A stretch of 64,000 bases of DNA from Squalus acanthias. Its lineage: Eukaryota. The position numbers and the translations under genes were made by a program. The notes beneath the pieces were generated by a model that worked only from the letters and a program-made list of their open reading frames with translations, did not search any database and was not told the DNA's origin. The stretch covers positions 310,001 through 374,000 of the forward strand of contig JASTWF010000345.1 in assembly GCA_030390025.1 (NCBI GenBank), in the 5' to 3' direction. Below are positions 62,297 to 64,000 of this stretch, piece after piece (the stretch's first letter is position 1; every line of letters starts with the position of its first letter).

Positions 62297-63077
62297 TGCT
62301 GCACAGGGCAGAAGGCGCCAGCGCATGGAAGCACATCGTGCAAGGAATGCACTCATCCTGGCCAGATTTGCATAGGTTGCCCATTGTGCTTGGCTCCTTC
62401 TTAACAAATGATAGGCAATGGACATGACTCTCTGGCCTACTTTCACTCTGACCACCAATCTGACCACGCAAGTGTCGTGAAGCCCGCAATGTGGAGCTGC
62501 CTAAGCCGAAATAACAGATGCCATCACGCCAACAGTTTGGCATCACCTAATTTTAATATATTCCCACAGGGATGGCATTTCATCAATAAACAGAAACAAT
62601 CACCCAATCTGCACACAGATCTGGAGGTTATATCCCTTGCCAGCTGGACCCACACAGCCTTGGTTTCTTAGGGAGGCCTCTTCCTCATAGATGAGGGGAA
62701 GAGCACATCCTTGCTAGCTCTCGCCCCCTCAACCAGCATACCCAGCGCCTCATCCGAGAACCTCGGGGAGGCCCTTGCCTTGGAGCTGGCCATTCTTCAA
62801 GGAGATAACAGCTTGGAGGTGGTGCAACATCGACCAAAAGCCAGTGGAATGAGCCAAGGCAGCAAGCAGCCCTTAAATGAAGCTGGATAAGTGACGTTAG
62901 CAGAGGCGAGTTTCAGTCCCAAAAGACTAATTGGCCAAGGGGAACCCACACCTCTGAAATCAACTGGCCAATTAGGGGAAAATCGCAAATTTTTTCCACC
63001 TCTCAGTGGAGGTGGGTTTGGAACCCACCCAAACCGAAACCCGCCTCCAACCCGCCTCCATTGGGAAAATCGAGCCC
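62297..63077 (-). mobile_element. Inverted, internally deleted Harbinger family C copy
   Basis: About 62608-63077 is the reverse complement of 57902-58370 and ends CCATTGGGAAAATCGAGCCC; about 62300-62607 is the reverse complement of about 60120-60430. Confidence 0.88.
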
Positions 63078-63079
63078 TT

Positions 63080-63578
63080 TGTGTTCTCCTCACAGCTTAC
63101 TGTCCCATCATCAGCAAGTTTGGATACATTACACTCGGTCCCTTCATCTAGGTCATTCTAGAATTTTGGAAGATCAAAACCAATGCATCCACTATCTCTT
63201 CAGCCACCTCTTTTAGAACCCTAGGATGTAGGCCGTCAGGTCCAGGGGATTTGTCGGCTTTTAGTCCCATTAGTTTCTCTAGTACTTTTTCTCTACTTAT
63301 ATTAATTACGTTAAGTTCCTCACCCTCATTAGACCCTTGGTTCCCCACCATTTTTGGTATGCTTTTTGTGTCTTCTACTGTGAAGACAGATATAAAATAT
63401 TTGTTTAACGTTTCTGCCATTTCCTTATTCCCCATAATAATTTCTCCTGTCTCCGCCTCTAAGGGACCAACGGTTATTTTTGCTACTCTCTTCCTTTTTA
63501 CATACTTGTTGAAGCTCTTACAATCTGCTTTTATATTTCTTGCTAGTTTTCTCCCATTCTATTTTTTCCCTTTTTATC
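63080..63578 (-). mobile_element. CR1 ORF2 fragment
   Basis: MAETLNKYFISVFTVED...LKADKSPGPDGLHPRVLKEVAEEIVDALVLIFQNS. Confidence 0.85.
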
Positions 63579-63580
63579 AA

Positions 63581-63722
63581 TTGGATAAATACTTGAAGGA
63601 GAAAAAATTGCAGGGATATGGGGAAAGAGCGGGGGAGTGGGACTAACTGGATTGCTCTTCGAAAGACCCAGCGCAGACTTGATGGACCGAATGGCCTCCT
63701 TCTGTGCTGTACTATTCTATGA
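63581..63722 (+). mobile_element. CR1 3' end fragment
   Basis: LDKYLKEKKLQGYGERAGEWD plus 3' UTR, same subfamily as 1-190. Confidence 0.8.
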
Positions 63723-64000
63723 TTTTTTCAGTATTGTTTGGAATGAGATTTTTTTGTGTGACTGAATAGGACTGATGTTTGCGCTGGGTCCTGAAAGGGA
63801 TATTTAGGAAGCATATTGATGCAGATCTTTGATACTGTGGCCATAGTTAATCAGCTAGTCCTGGACCATGGCAAATATCTACCCGAAGTACTTGAGAAAG
63901 CAATGTTTTGTGGAGTAGAGAAGAATAATTTTGCACCTCACACAAAAAACTGCAAATCCATTATGGGAGGCAGAGAAAAAAAATTATAATGCAAATAATT

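Overview
A repeat-saturated vertebrate genomic window. The repeat repertoire (CR1 subfamilies, L2, RTE, Penelope-like and Harbinger elements) suggests a cartilaginous fish; this is inferred, not proven. No host gene could be supported. Main contents: (1) a 6,000-bp endogenous retrovirus (3487-9486) with about 98%-identical 463-bp LTRs, a GATC target duplication and a tRNA-Ser PBS. It has a two-zinc-knuckle coiled-coil gag, pro-RT in frame behind a TGA stop, a deletion of RNase H and most of integrase, and a gamma-type env, which is a mosaic of retroviral class characters. (2) A cluster of PIF/Harbinger transposons, each pairing a spliced Myb/SANT-like gene with a HARBI1-like DDE transposase: one nearly intact copy (19077-23281), its non-autonomous partner (48080-48973), two further families and several fossils. 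(3) Harbinger-type MITEs with long internal hairpins, one T-shaped, and clustered splice-donor consensus sites. (4) A five-level nest of insertions (45290-54000), a probable CGGBP/hAT-type transposase fossil and many LINE fragments. Fossil boundaries are approximate; all alignments were done by eye.
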